Shown here piece by piece: positions 1 to 14,548 of a stretch of DNA of 64,000 nt (positions are counted from its first letter, which is position 1; each line of letters opens with the position of its first letter). The DNA comes from Tubiluchus corallicola (lineage: Eukaryota > Animalia > Priapulida). Location: positions 124,001 through 188,000 of the forward strand of contig JAQGDQ010000278.1 of NCBI GenBank assembly GCA_030141605.1, written 5' to 3'. The position numbers and the translations under genes are program-made. The notes under the pieces were generated by a model. That model saw nothing but the letters and a program-made list of their open reading frames with translations. It did not search any database and was not told the DNA's origin.

Positions 1-327
1 TGATTTATATGACAGCTTTTGTTTCGAACTTGCAAATAAAAACGATTTTTAAACTATTTATTTTAAATTATGTACGTAAATAAGTTGTGCTTGACAAGAA
101 TTTCTTTGAAATCGTCCAGACTTTTCATTTGATGTAATACAAGTATTGTTGCTTAACACTGAAAATATTCACCTCTCAATTTAGGCTTAACTCATGCCAT
201 TCAGTTTCCGTTATGGAGATTTTTTATTTGATATATTACAGCTAATGTTGTTCGTTACTGGAAGCATTTGCCGCCAAACCAACCGTAAATAGATTTTTAC
301 GTAAATAGATGGCATTTTTGTCGATGG

Positions 328-1970
328 GGAAACCAAAAGTAATCATTTTGATTAACACTGCATGAATAGTTATTGGGTTCTGGATGATAAGTACTTTCTC
401 CCGCGCTTCTTATATGTATAAATTCTCCACGAGAAAAAATTAGTTTTCCCGAAAACGACTACCTTCCTCGATGCCAGAAGAACGTCAACAAATACGTTCT
501 ATGACGAGCAAATTAATTATAGGAATTCTGCTCCACTGGACATGTGTTCACATCTTCACCTTCTTAATGTTGTCCGTTTACTTGAGTGACCACTGGTCTT
601 ATCCGGGTGATTTTCATAAAAACTGATTTTTTTATGGGAACTGTACAACATTTTTTTGGTTGCAACATACAACATACTCAGCTGTGATGAAAATATAATC
701 CAATAAACGCATCGAAAGCGATACTAAATTAGAACGTCTGAAAACTTGCACACCGCTGGGGCTCGAACTCATGACATTCCGCTTTCCGGACGTTTATGTT
801 AACTATTTTATTTTGTTTAAATTGTCATGAAGACGTACAATTTGGAGAGGCAGTTAATATGTAATGCACGTAAAAATTAGGTCACAAATGTAAATATTAT
901 ATAAAAATAGTTCATAAGCAGAGCAAAGAAACCACGTCTTCGACTGGAATGGAAACGACGTCTCGGTCTCTCAGTACACCAGTAACTTATTAACCATCGG
1001 TCATTTGTATTTATTTTAAATACCTTTTAAGCCCTACACGTTTACCCTTAGTTTTATGAATGAAATTTGCTCTGGTGCCAGTGTAGTTTTGTAAATTCTC
1101 TACGTCTAGTTCGCGCACGTGGTATAAGTTTGTTTTGTTCAAAATTGCTATGATTTCGTGGCCACGCTCTTTTCCCCTAGACGCCTCGTGTTTTCTAAAC
1201 AAACGGCTAATTTTTGGTCGTTAAGCACTTTTCTGCACGGCCATTTTTCATGGGGTAAAACTTGCGGAAAATATCAATGAGACCGCATGAAACATATGGA
1301 TGAAATTAGTAATGCTTGCTTTCAACTGCCCTCTTTGAAGTTGAGCGCGCATGCGCCATGCTGTGACATCCGAATCCATGAAAATTAATAACACTTCACA
1401 TGAAGTGTAATTTTTGACTATTTCTTTTATGTACTTAGTACTCTATATTTTTTTAAGAAATACCATTCGCATGGTGTGATTCCAGTCCGGACTCACTATT
1501 TACGTACATTTATGCAATGCTAACTCTTTTTGGCTTTTTTGTGTCGATTATCTCAGACTGTCAGTCTTGTTATTTTTTAATGACTAAACGCAGTTACTTA
1601 TCCTTTTAGCAAATTGGCACACTTAGTAATATAGTATACCAACAGACGTAGTATACCAACTTGGAAACTGAAAGCCATCACTTTGGTTAATATTTCATGG
1701 ATACTAATTGAATACTGAATGATAAATTCTTTCCCTCGGGCTTCTTACATGTGTAATTCTCTACGAGAAAATTGTTTCTTCGAAAACGAAAACCCTCACT
1801 CGATTCAAGCAAGAAAAACATAAACAGGTATCTTCTATGACTAACAAATTAGTTACTGGACTTCTATTTCTCTGGCACGCATATTCACATTATCACTTTT
1901 TACTGTAGTTCATGTCCTTGAGTGGCCATTGGCTTTGTCTTGAGCGATTTCCGTAAAAAATGATTTTTCC
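328..1970 (+). repeat. Two diverged direct copies of a ~300-bp repeat (328-632 and 1663-1970)
   Basis: Collinear similarity by eye, e.g. ttctc(c/t)acgagaaaa, ttctatgac..caaatta, cttgagtg.cca.tgg, aaaa.tgattttt. Confidence 0.7.
740..800 (-). repeat. tRNA-derived SINE head fragment (similar fragment on + at about 20491-20565)
   Basis: B-box GAGTTCGAGCCCC on -; no complete cloverleaf. Confidence 0.45.
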
Positions 1971-4900
1971 AAAAGCCTCCAAAATGATTAATATTCAGCC
2001 ATTGCACTGCGTTGCACAAAAGCCTCATGTTTCTATACTAGGATATGACCGCTTTCAAGGACACCAGGAAAGTGTGAAAACAAGGTTAACATAAGCTTGA
2101 AATGTCTGGCTTCGTTGGCTTCCGGGTCTTTATTACATGTCTCGATAAGCGCGTCAGAAGTACCAGGATCATGAACTGCTTGGATACTTCATTTTTCAAA
2201 TGGACCTATGGCGCTTGACCTAAACAAGGAATTGTGCCAACGAGTTTGTGAAAGAATTTGAGTACATGTATACTGTACCATGTTCAAATTCTGTACGTGG
2301 CGTTTCTAAATGTGTTGGTAGTCCAATGTGTTTTGCCTGTGGTAGGCAAGGAAAGGGTGGAGAAGTAGAATTGGGTCAGTGATTTGGATGATTTTCTGCG
2401 AAAGTGTAAAATGTACAAATGCGCTAGACTGCACTGAGGGAATACATTTTAGTTTAAAGTAGTTTCAGTAGGAAAGTGAAAACAGAGGAAAAGGGGACAG
2501 GCAGAGTGGGGGAAAGAGTAGTGGAGGAGAGGAGGCTAACCTTGGAAAGCCATTTGTTTCGGTCTGGATAAGCGTATCAGATTCACAGCAGAAGACAAAG
2601 ATGTACTACGAGAAGCCAGGCTCGAACAACACTATAGCTGAGCTAAACGAAAGTAATATGCAAAGCTATTTATAGAAACATGGGAACATTTCATTACTTT
2701 AGGTTGTGTCAGTAAATAAAACTCGTTGAATTTAAAACCCGATTCAACACAGACAGTTTATTGCAGACAGCAAATATTTGTGGCGACAACACCAAACAAC
2801 AATAAGAAATTTCTTCACTTTGTGTTGCGGCAATTTTGTTGGATTCAATAGTATTATTTGCATTTTATTGTCAGTTATAAAGCTTACAAATTCTTACATG
2901 TGTGTATACACTGTGCGAGTATTTTTTTTCAGTTTTACATACAATTTTAATAATATTCGTATCCCAAACATACATACCGATGTTTTAACTGACAATAGTT
3001 ATATTTTGCAGGAATTTGCGGGCTGGTAGACATTCTGTGTAGCCTATATACTTAATGTACTTGAACTAGATAGCGTACCTGAATTATCAGTCCATATTTA
3101 ACAGAATCCAGTCAAATCTTGATTTCAATTAGCTGAAGACTGATCTGGATTGAATTTAAATTGGATCGATTACGTAGATTAACGCTGTAACAATTGCACA
3201 CTGCCCTGCAATCTTTTCGGCATTGAATGAATTATAAAGATTAAACAAGATTTTATTATAAATCTGTCGCACTGACTTTTGATCCCATTAAAAAATTTCA
3301 TGCAACATTTCTCGGCTTTTAGCGTGCTTTAATCAACTCCAGCAAGAAATTTTACAAGTAAACTAAATTTTATGTGTTTTCTTGGCGAAAAATTATACGC
3401 TTAGTGGCATATATACAAGCTGCAATGCAGCACCACGTCGAAACTCAGTGATGTCTGAGGTGTTGGGCAGTGTTAATAAAACATTCATTTTTTCATCAGC
3501 AATGCGTTTTTACGTTTTAGTCACACTGTGTGTATGTGCGTGCGAGCGTGCGTGTGTGTGTGTGCGCCGCGCGAGCGCCGCGCGTCTTTTCACAGTCGGC
3601 AAATGAAGCTATGCACCGAAATACTGTTATCACTCGTATAAGTATAACAGACAGTCTTTATAACTCCAATAAACAGTGTTAAATCATGTGCTGAATACTT
3701 TATTAGTATTTAATTGTTTTGTTTCAGTTCATTTCTAATTTACCATTGTTGTATTTCAACTAAGTTCAATTATCGCCGATTTCAACCGAATTTGATTCAG
3801 ATTTTCGGATTCATTCAGCTTACTTTTTTATTTTAACGCATTTTAACAGAATTTCTACTTCAATGCACTGCATTATTTGTTGTAATTTGCAAAATTTTAC
3901 TCCGTAAATGTAGAGAATTACAGATGTTGTCATTAAACAAGCATGACACTATTAACAAGTAATAAATTTAAAACACAGTAAATCAATAAACTAAGTCTGC
4001 AGAAAACTGAACAGTGAAACGGTTTTACGACTGATTTGTTTATTATCTTTCACTGACTCGTTTGATTATAAAAGTTTACGCGCATCAGAAGAAAAACACG
4101 CACACCGCCTCGGCAAAAACCTGATAAAGCTAATATTGCGTTCATAAATTTCACGTTTGCTAATATTTGTTCATTGATCCCGTTCTTGTTTTCTTAGTTT
4201 TGAAATTAAGACCTGCTTGTAGCTATTTGCGTCTCTGTAGAGCAGGAGGAAGATTATGCTTCCACCGGGAATGACGGGTTGGTTTACTAACCTGTAAAAC
4301 AGTATACAGACCATTCTTCAGAAAATAAAATAATCTTAATGTAAAACGAAATGCCCGTAACGGAGACGTCAAATAACAAGAAACTATTGCGTGTAGCTCT
4401 AAAATTCCATTTACACTTCGCAGAAAGTACTCTGCCCGTTCCTGACTTTTTAGATCCAGATCTGATATAAACAGCCACGCAACGGGAAAGACAATTACGG
4501 GCACTGGATTTTCCGTGACTATACCTCTCATGGTCTCAGAAGATCTGATGCCATTCATTGCCCGTAGGACAACAGAATGTTTTTAATGAAGAGTTAATAA
4601 ACAGGGTGTGAGGGAGAAAATGATTAAAAATGTGAAAAGATTAAGAAGGTATAGGACACGTCCCTCGTTTGTAATGCGAAAAGGGCTTAAGGTGATAATT
4701 TGACTTTTGTAACGTTACACTTGCGTACGTTGGACAAGTTATCAAGATGTCTGTCACTACAACCTGCGTCGCTAGAATGCTGTGTCACAGTTTTATCGAA
4801 GCAGAAATGATTTGTATGGCGGCAATGTGGAGTTTTCTGTAAGGATGATGAGTAGAACTTTTCAAAACTACTTGTGCATACGGTGCATATCATTAGTTTC

Positions 4901-5216
4901 CGCATCTTTTAAAGGAACTATAGAACCATGTGTTAGTTCAAAAAATTTTCCTAGGGGCGCTTCAGTCCTATTCTGGAGATTTAAAATTGGCATTAAAATG
5001 TTCATTTAATTTGCAAAAAAGTAAATCAGGCAACATTAAACGAGAAACATTACAAATTGTGCAGTAGATACAGACCGATCATGTTCACAAAATTCTAAAC
5101 ATTTTTTGATTAAAACAAAATTGTTTTAAATTCGTTTTTTGAACAGCAAGCTATATAGTTAGGACGCATTTCTTGTCTTGATGCACTACGTAAGTAGGCT
5201 TACTCATAGGTGAATG

Positions 5217-5679
5217 TAGGGTTACCAGTTCGTCATAAACTAAAATCAGGTTAAGAACCACTTAGTGGGTCTGTGAAGTGTAGCAACCCAAAGGGGCTTG
5301 GGCAGAGTCCGTATTGATACATTGTCTGTAATTCAAATGTTCTATAAGGCATTTTTCTCGTGTAGAAATAAAGAAATTTATACCGCAAAATAGTAGAAAT
5401 TTGCATTCTAAGAAGCCCAGAGGTCTTAAACTTAAAATCATAACATTCAATCTTGCAGTTCCTTTCCATTTCTAATACATTTCTCACACTTCTAAAGTTT
5501 TTGTAGATAATTTTTAGCAATCAAATTATTAAGAACTTTATCTTACATGAATTATAGCTAAATCTTATCTTTTTTGCCTGCCATTGCCATAATCAAGAGA
5601 TTCCAGAATTTTTGCAAATTTGAACCAATGGCTGAATTTCACGAGACTCCGGGTCAAATTAGGAGTGGTGGCAACACTA
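5217..5679. mobile_element. hAT-type MITE
   Basis: TIRs TAGGGTTACCA / TGGCAACACTA; 8-bp TSD ggtgaatg / ggtgagtg. Confidence 0.75.
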
Positions 5680-8600
5680 GGTGAGTGCAGTGAAATAATG
5701 GGTAGCCAGTCGAATTTAATGTAAACCTTAAACCTTCAACAAGGGAAACCTTCGTGAACAAGCTACGCGAGGGAAATTTTTTACAGTGCGGTCTGTGCAA
5801 CTAACATCGCGGTTTTCCGACATGAAGGATTGCGCCAACAAACATGGCGGTTGCGTAGGCGGCATCTAGGAGAACTACAGAGTTAATATACATACACACC
5901 GAACTCCTACTACACTGTGTTTTGAAAGGGGTCTTTTGTTGTGTTAGCTTTGTTTGTGGTCGGGACGGAAACAGGCTGTACGCAAACATTCTTAGAGTGT
6001 TTTAAAGTCAGGTTTTCATTAAAACTTAGCGCGCAGGAAGCTCCCGTCTATGTCGGATATAATTCGAATCAGATTCGGATCCAGCGGTCTCGGTGTGTTG
6101 CTTGTTTTTCCTTCTTTATCTGCCCAACTAGGATTTGTAAGGCCAATTATAAGTTGCACCGGGGTTAATTAGTGATTGCATTTATTTGTCGGCATTCCTT
6201 GTGAGTTTGAATCTAGCCTGGATTCAGGTTTCAAAACTTATGTAAAATACAGAGAAGCCGATGCCTGCCAGCATCAAAGATTATGCGAAAAAATAATAAA
6301 CTCAACTGACCTTTCGTGGCTTCTGGCCTTCTGAGTGAACCATTATTGCTGTTAGGTCATTAAGATATAGGTCTCTTACGTGCCTTGCAATCTACATTTG
6401 TGTACTATATATACATCGCTATGCTTGTTTTAAGTCTCTGCATCAAATACTGAAGAATGTACGTGTAAAACAGAGGCATAAGATCAAAAGGGGTAATATG
6501 GATCTCTACAGGAGGTGACACCATTACGCAATGATGTCTCTCAGGTGTTCATTATCTCAATAATTAGTGTGGAGCATAGCATAAGGTTTAATTAATTCAT
6601 TTATGCACACACAATTCATGCAATACAGTACGTACTGTCTATACATGTACTGCATATGTAGCATAATGTAATTATGCATGTCAAGCTAGTATGACTAAAC
6701 CGACCTCCTTTTTATTTAAGCAATACAATATTTATGCAACGTTTCCATAAAGTGTCGCGTTTAATCGTCATTTCTGGTTACAACATAAAATGTTTTCTTA
6801 AACTACAATTTTGGGTCTTTTTACACTAGATACTACCATCATTGATACGTTGTGTTGGTTATTCAATGCAAGTTCGAAGTTTGATCTAAAAGTTAAACTT
6901 TGAAACTGCTTACTTCAATCTAGTCCTTCTTTTTTCACATTTTTCACACGACATTAATTACTGCTTGGGATTGATATTAGCAAATCTGAGAGACTCCTTC
7001 CCTTATTAATGAGATATAAAAACAATCGCCCGAAAGGTTTTGAAACTGAAAGGTCTAAAACTGTAAATACTAAAAATGTGCCAATTTATGCCAATTCTAT
7101 ATGTTTCTTCTAAACTGCCTGTTTCGTGACAAAATTGTTTTATGAGTTTAATGACAACCATTGTTTTGAAAGGTCAATGTGTTTAACTTAATTATATTCA
7201 ATGTAGAAATACCTAACAGTAACAACAAACCTAGTTGTAATTCTTTTATTAATTTTATTTGACAACAAATGAAAACACCTCGAACAATACGCAAATGTAT
7301 ACACTTTTCATTGAAGCCATGCCTACTAAAATTGAACACCACCCTCTCAACAAATGTGACTCTCATTACCATTCATCACTAGACGAAACCTAGTTACTTT
7401 CGCCTGTTTTTCTTGACTCATAGGTTAATGACTTCAAGGGTTTGTGTCTATATATGCAGTATCGATGTCGATGTGACGTGTATGAGCACTTGCTAATGTG
7501 TATATAAAGTGCTCACTAAAATGCCGCATTATGAGAAGCTTGGTTATTCGTTAAAATGTGGTTGAGGTTTTTAATTGAGCACTGCAACGTTACGCAAGAG
7601 CGCTACAACACCTGTAATCACCTGCATATTAGCCCTTCAAGGTGCCTTACAAATTATCTTTGACAAAAGCGCTTGCAAAATGTCATTAGTAGGAACATTT
7701 GGGGACAGAGGTTTTGAAAATGTGTTACATATTTTTATTTAACGACAGTTTTACTTAATTCTAGTAATCAATTGTTTGCAACTCATGCTGTACGTTTTTG
7801 GCGAAAATTGTCCAAAAAGAAAATTCGAGGAAATTGAAACACCTTGTTAAAAAAAATGTATAACTTATTCTACATAACAATAAAGCACTTGTATCAGCGT
7901 CGCCTGACAGAATTGAACGATATTGATATAATTTGCAACTAAGTTAATTTAGGGATTTTAGGTCACGCAAATGTGCGAGTATAAATCATCGCATTTACTG
8001 AAACAAAAACGTTTAGAGATTGATAAGTTTAGCATTTGGTGAGTCGGTGACTTAACCATTGTTAGCTCAGAAAACGTTTTCCATCGTAGCAGGTCTATGC
8101 ATTTCAGAAAGTGTAATCTTTTGTCGTAAAAAATAAAACGTATTTATTTAGCACTACGAATTAGAGTTACGTGTGATAGCATAAATAAATTATACATTGC
8201 CCTGCATAAGTCAGTGGTTGCTGTGGAATAATTAACTAAATCGAATTAAAAAGACAAAAATATAGATATTTTATACATTGAACTTATCTCTTGGCATTAT
8301 ACTCTTGTATTATAGTAACTCTGTATTTGAAATAAAACTTAGGCTACTAACTTAAAAACTATTTGTATACGTATAGGCGTGGATGTGAATTTTCTCGGCA
8401 TTACTTACGATTTCTCTACCTTCATTTAAATATTCTAATAGAAAATTAAAGAATTTCAATTAAAAAAATGTATTTCCCAAGAATGTTTCACTAGTGTCCT
8501 ACTAGGCAGCTCAGTTTCAAAATTTATCAATAATTTAAGACAGAGGTCTGCCACACTCACATTTTTATGATTATTGTCGATTCGCACACGAAGAACATTT

Positions 8601-8833
8601 TATCTTTCATAACTGTATCATTTCCTCCTCTTTTCTGCGTGTTGTTCATTACTTCGTGTTATTTTGTTATTACTAAAAACGGATATAGCGCCGCTGGTGT
8701 GAATTAGTCTTGCGAAAGAGGCAGATGTGAAGCTGATTGCAGATGTCTTGCGGTTTATTTGTTTCTTGTAAAATGTACCGTTTAAGGCTTTAGATTCACT
8801 CCACAGAAATTACACGAAATTTTAATTTTCCGT

Positions 8834-9080
8834 AATTAATTACAACTGTGATTGCCAGAATTTTTATAAACCATTGGGGTTTATGTTACCAATTATTACC
8901 CATTGCGCTTAATGAGTTGAGAAAGGAGAGGCTGAAAAATTGTGGACTAGTCGGGATCCAGAATTACCCATGCTCTATCAGCTGAGCTACTAGTCAACAT
9001 GACAGAGCGGCCTGAGATTTCCTCAGGCTTCGTAAAACACAATCCGTATATCGTTAATTGCCAGCTAATTTGGGAAAGTA
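8834..9080 (-). mobile_element. Second, one-armed copy of the tRNA-derived palindromic repeat
   Basis: Aligns to 27750-27875 and shares the tail tatcgtta(a/g)ttgccagctaatttgg(g/a)aaagta. The - strand reads GACTAG-TAGCTCAGCTGATAGAGC...CTAGTC (A box and acceptor-like stem). Confidence 0.7.
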
Positions 9081-12000
9081 CTGATACCATTTTAATTCCC
9101 CACTATGACAAAATTTTTACGAGCGTCTTATTTTTAGGAAAGTGCGTTATATCTTTTAGACAAAATTAGTTTGTCCTTTCAACCAAATTTGTCAAGACAG
9201 CGTTTACATACGAGCAGTTTTTACTTGAATCATTAAGGCCTGCTTTAGACCCGCACCCAGACAGCTCACTACAAAATGTGATAAAGGACCGACGCCATAC
9301 CGATTTATTTCCCGCTCTTATCAATTTTGCATGCAATGCATATTATCTACTCCTAGCTACTATACTTTTAGGGTAACACTGACAAATGCAGCAATTTCAG
9401 CCAATATTATCAGTAATTTAATAATTTAGTAATAACAATAATAATTTATTGAAATTTTAATGCATTTTACGTGATGATCAAATGCATCGTACAAGTAAAA
9501 GATCATCAAAAATTACTAAAAAATTAACTCATAAGGTATATATAAGACCATGGCACATTGGTTTATTAAAAGTACATGGAACAAAAAAGGAAAATATTAA
9601 AAACACGGAAAATTTAGTAAAATAACCAAAGCAGTGCCGCAAAACATACACAATTTTGGAAAATGCAAGATTATCTCAACTACAGAAGGCTCCACTGAAT
9701 TAGTAGCAGCGTGAAAAGAAAACTCGTACTCGTATAGATCCATACACCCAAAGGCCAAGCATCGTTGATTTGACTTACCCTCTGAAATCGACGACATTCA
9801 TGTTTCTGACTTCTGGCTAATGCCAATTGTGATACGTGTACTTGACTCCATTGATCAGTTTCATTATAAATTTGTCACACAAAGCTGCGAAACTTGAGCC
9901 AGTCATTGACTAGCTGTTCTCAAAATTAATAGGCTACACGCACAACCCAATATTCTGTTAATAAATTCACGTCATAAACCTCCACAAATCTAAGCATAAA
10001 GCTGCATAATGTCATTTCTTCTATGTAATGCTTATAAATGGCAGTTTTGAGTTACTCGTTTGCTATTTCAGAAGTAACTTTATAAAGAGGACTGTTTTGC
10101 CATAGAGCTGTTGTTATTCTCGTTCTTATTGTTCACATAATAAGTTTTTGTCAGTTTTTATATTATAGCTTTACAATGGAGTTGCTTCGCGTTTCAATTT
10201 TTTACATAAAAACGAATTCATGAAGACGACGGATAATGTTGTATATGTTAGTCACGAAAAAACGGATTCCATCACAACAAGAAATGTTGGTCTAAATGAT
10301 ATATCCAGGTAGTTGAGCAGAAAAAACTCAATGAGCCAGTAATACAATACTTCGCATTCTCGGCAAGTTCACGAACAAAACAAAGCATGATGCTGTAAAA
10401 GACTGATGCTATGTAAAATTTGTCTTTTATATACTGGATTGTTTTATACAATATCTTTCTAGATCTATATAGGATAGTATTTATGCAGAAAAGATCCATT
10501 ACACCTGACACCTGCATCATACTGCTAGGCACGTTTCTGTTAGTTTTTCAGGTTTAATTGGCTCAAATTAAGGTTGTTTTGTTAGTTATCTGGAGACAAG
10601 TGAGGAGATGTTTTCTCAGTAGTCTCTCTTGTACGATGGCTCTGTGCTGAGGTTTGTCATATCGTTCTATATAAACAACACAGCAACAAGGGGCAAGTAG
10701 ACTTCATGTTCACCTTTTTGTTATTTTACCACAAAAGTGAATAAAGCCAGGTTTCAAGTGGTGCCGAGCAATTTGCATTTTTTTCTATAGAACAAAGTCA
10801 GTTTTGTCACTATAGTGTTGTTGTGTTATGATTTTGTTACAGTTTAAGGCTATAGATATTTTATCAGGTCACTACCACTTGTTGATAAAAGGAAACATCT
10901 CACGTATCCTATTAAAATAAGTAAAGTGATAGCTTAACACTATTTAAAACACCAATTTTCCTTTTTTATGAGAGCTCTGAAAACGTTAGCGAGCTCTGTA
11001 AAATCGTGCTAGACTTTTCTGTGTTTTTAAGCCACTTATATGTTCTGTGAATTGTGAGAGTTTTGCAAAAAAACATATGAATAAAAGTCGTATATGTAAT
11101 AAAAATAAATTTGAGTGATTCTATTGTTTTATGTCGAAAAATCATCTTGAATTAAACATGCATTCTAGCTGAAAGAGGAACGGATTCCTGTCATCATCTG
11201 AACAAATGGTAGGACAAATGGTAACATTTTCTAATAATAGGCAGAAAATCTTGGATAGTAGACTATATTTGTAGAAGGCATTATACAGATAATTTGCTCA
11301 CACCTGTATAAGCTGGGAGCAGGTGTAATTTAATTTCGCAATAATTGTGAATTTTTTCTCGCATTATGTACACTTGCATAATGCATTTAGCATTTGCATA
11401 ACAAAACTACATAATCACCTGTTCTTCCTTTTGTCGTAACCGATTGTGCAATTAGAATAATTTCGGCAATTTACGTTTTGAATTTTAGGTAAATACACTG
11501 TTTATTTTCATGTAAGTTTTTTTACGCAGAGTGGCACGCGCGCGCGAGAGGTGGCATTAAGGTTAACTTTCATAGACATGCTGCATTTTGAAAACAGTGA
11601 TCCCTTTGTTATCAGCTCTTTCTGCTTTGTAATTCAACTCAGCATTTCAAGTCTTGTCTGTTGTTCCATGTCTTTATACAACTCAGTCAGAGCAAAACGT
11701 GTTTAATGTCAACAAAGCATACTTTCATCTAGTTCATATGCACCTTTATTGGGTGGGTAGTACTGAGGTACAGAATTGTCCATCGCTGATGTGCAAACGT
11801 AATAGGTAAAGCGTTCTATAGGGGGAGGGAATTTTACCAACTGTTTAGAAGAATGTTTTTCTTGCCGGGTTCGGTCAGCATAAAAGGAGAAGGGAAAATG
11901 GCTGCCCGTGCTGAGGACCTTTGTGCGTGTGCCGCTGTGTTGACCAACATAGCGTAGCGCAAACAAACTGTGCGACAAGAGATCTCTTTGTTGTTCATTT

Positions 12001-13413
12001 TCATGAATTCATCAGTTGTTGTGTCCTGTGCTACACACAAAAAATAATAAAAAAAGAGTGATAGTTTATTGCCGAGGGGACGTCTCCATGTCTTCGAGTA
12101 ATGTTCTTTTGCTCTGCGGTTATACAGTACCACCTACGTAAGACTTGTCTTCGCTTGGAATTGTTCCCTTTGTGGTAAATTGTCTTGTCCTTAGCACGTG
12201 TTACCTGGCACAGGTGAGACTTGAGGTCCTGTTATCTCTCTCTTGCTCACCCGTTATCATACCCCCGGGGTAACGCTTCCCGTCCATTCTGCCCAGCTCA
12301 CCGGGGGTATCAACCCGTATTGAACCCAATAGTTTGCAAACACGTGCCAAATGTATAATAGCCCTGCATTGAGGCTTTAGAGATAATCATCTCTGTTTAG
12401 AGCAGCTATAGAATAATTATTTAGTCTTATCTGTTACAAGCTCTAAAGTACCTCTAAATTTCGTCCAGAAAAAGGAAGGGGGTAGAGAAGTCTTACTTAA
12501 GGCGACTCTACTGTTGTAATTAATACTAATCAGTGTCGGTTGACCAGCTGTCTGTTAGAGTTTTTCTGTTTTGGTCTGGTCATTTATCAGTTAGATTTGA
12601 AATGAGCCGAATGACAACTGATAAGACATTTCGAAGAGACTTGCTAAGGATGGTAAACTTGATCATCTTAAATACTCAGAGGGCTAAGGAGCAGTCCGCC
12701 GTTACAGCCTTTAGCTACGCCACTGCCGAAGACAAATTTTGCATTGTTCACTATATCATTCAAACTTACCTTGTTAACCAATAAAAATTACTGCATTTTC
12801 ACACTCTAGTCCAGTTTTCTGAATGACAATAAATGTGATACGAACGCTAATGAACAGTATAGCAAATGTTAATAGGAAACTCACAAATGCAAAATAAAAA
12901 CACAAACTGTAAAATGAATTAAAATTATTAACAGATTGACAAAGACTCAGCCGCGGAATAATTGACGTTTTTTGGAAAGTAGTATTGTTTTCGACGTCCA
13001 TTAATTGAAATGAATTTGTCAATACCAAGCGGGAGACAAATTTCAAAAAGCCCAGCTTCTGTATCAACTACATCGTAATGGACGCATGGCAGTATTTTAC
13101 TAGCAGTGATCAAACTTTGTGAAATTGACAAAGGAAGCAGGGGGCTTGTCTGTCCACGGGAAACGAATCGTAACATGTAATTCTATTCATGAAAATTGTC
13201 CGCTTTACGGGCCGCAAGCTGCTGACACCAAACATTTACTTTAATTTGGCAACAATCGCGTGTAGCCTGGAATTAGTGCAGGCGCAAGGACAGGGGTTCA
13301 ACTGTTTGTTGTCGCATACCTTACGTCTGCTTAAGGAAACATAAATATGGCTGTGTGTGTCTCAAGCAAGCTAGGGGTGTCGAGAACTGTTGAGGGCTGT
13401 GAGATGAGCCACA

Positions 13414-13997
13414 CACGTGCCACACACCAAATCTAACAATAGCTGACGTGATAACCAATCAGCGAACAGGCTTGCTCTCTTCTCTCTCTGGCCCACAGAA
13501 CTCGGGATGAACGAACAGCTCGCGCAGTAGTAACCCGACAGTGGATGCTGGAAAACGATGTAAAATTAGTAGGATTTATTGGTTTCGCGAGTTTTTGTGA
13601 CAGGTTTAATAACTGAAGTGCTCGTGGCTGTAGTACAGGCTACATTTTTAAATGAGTGGACACAAATCAAGACAACAAGAGTGAAATGAAACATTTTTTC
13701 GACTGCTGCTAATGTTTGTTCACATTTTATGGATTATCGGCAACCCTTTTGCCGTTCGTTATAACCTGGCCTAATTACTGTGCAAACGATTATTAATTAT
13801 TAGTTTCGATTAACCGGTTTTGAGCAATAAGCGAACATTAACGGACAGCTCTTTACGATGACATGGCGTCGTTTCGCTCTTGACGAACTGATCTCTAAAC
13901 TTCAGATTTTGGTGACAGAAGCCGAGAGAAACTGTCAGGTATTTAAGTTTTTCTTACAAAACGCGTCAGATAAGAGCTATGGCAGCTCAGGGTAAGT
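13414..13997 (+). promoter_or_regulatory. Candidate rhomboid promoter and first exon
   Basis: CACGTG 13414, TGACGT 13444, AACCAATCAG (NF-Y box) 13453-13462, Inr-like CAGT about 13525; donors CAG|GTATTT (13938/9) and G|GTAAGT (13991/2). Confidence 0.45.
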
Positions 13998-14047
13998 GGC
14001 TAAATAGTGGTGAAAATACGTGCCAAGAGAGGTAGAACTCTTGTAAC

Positions 14048-14362
14048 CTGGGCTGGATTACCCTATAGGCTAGTGTAGGCTGGAGCCTAAGGCCTCTCAC
14101 TAGATGTTTTATGTTTGTTATGCTGTGTTGTTATGTTTTTTTTGTATGCTAATAAATCTCTAACAATCTCCATTTGAGATAAAGGGCCCTCTTCGAAGCC
14201 CTTTATTCGAAATATGGGGGCCCAGCTATGCAAATGTTGCTAAAATATGCCACAAGTAAAAAATATTTCAGACGAGTGCGAACAAATCAGAGTGTGCCTC
14301 CGTTTGAGGAGGCCTCATAATTTCATTAGCCCAGGGGCCCCAAAAGTCATAATCCGGCTCTG
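14048..14362. mobile_element. hAT-type MITE (CAGGGCCGGATT-like TIR)
   Basis: TIRs CTGGGCTGGATTA / TAATCCGGCTCTG; 8-bp TSD cttgtaac / cttataac; internal GGGCC/GGCCTC motifs. Confidence 0.75.
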
Positions 14363-14548
14363 CTTATAACTATTTTCCTAGTGATAACAAGTCTCCCTTG
14401 ATGTTCATTTTGAATATGTGATTTTTAGAACTGTCCAGGTTACAGATTTTTCAACTCATGTACAAATAAGTGGCGCGTTATGCTAGATCGCATTTTGTGA
14501 TTTCGGATTGTGCCCTTCCGACTATTCTTTTATTTTCCAGTCGCCCTC

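Noticed and set aside
8940-9000. tRNA gene (also at about 750, 20500 and 27900)
   Set aside because: A/B boxes are present but the arms are deleted or degenerate and flanked by shared repeat sequence; these are SINE-like derivatives.
1-13400. Independent protein-coding gene among the short ORFs (e.g. 4223-4558, 11709-12133)
   Set aside because: No recognisable domain, no consistent splice chain, and non-coding-like composition. A promoter-like GC/TG patch at about 3530-3600 was noted but cannot be tied to a transcript.
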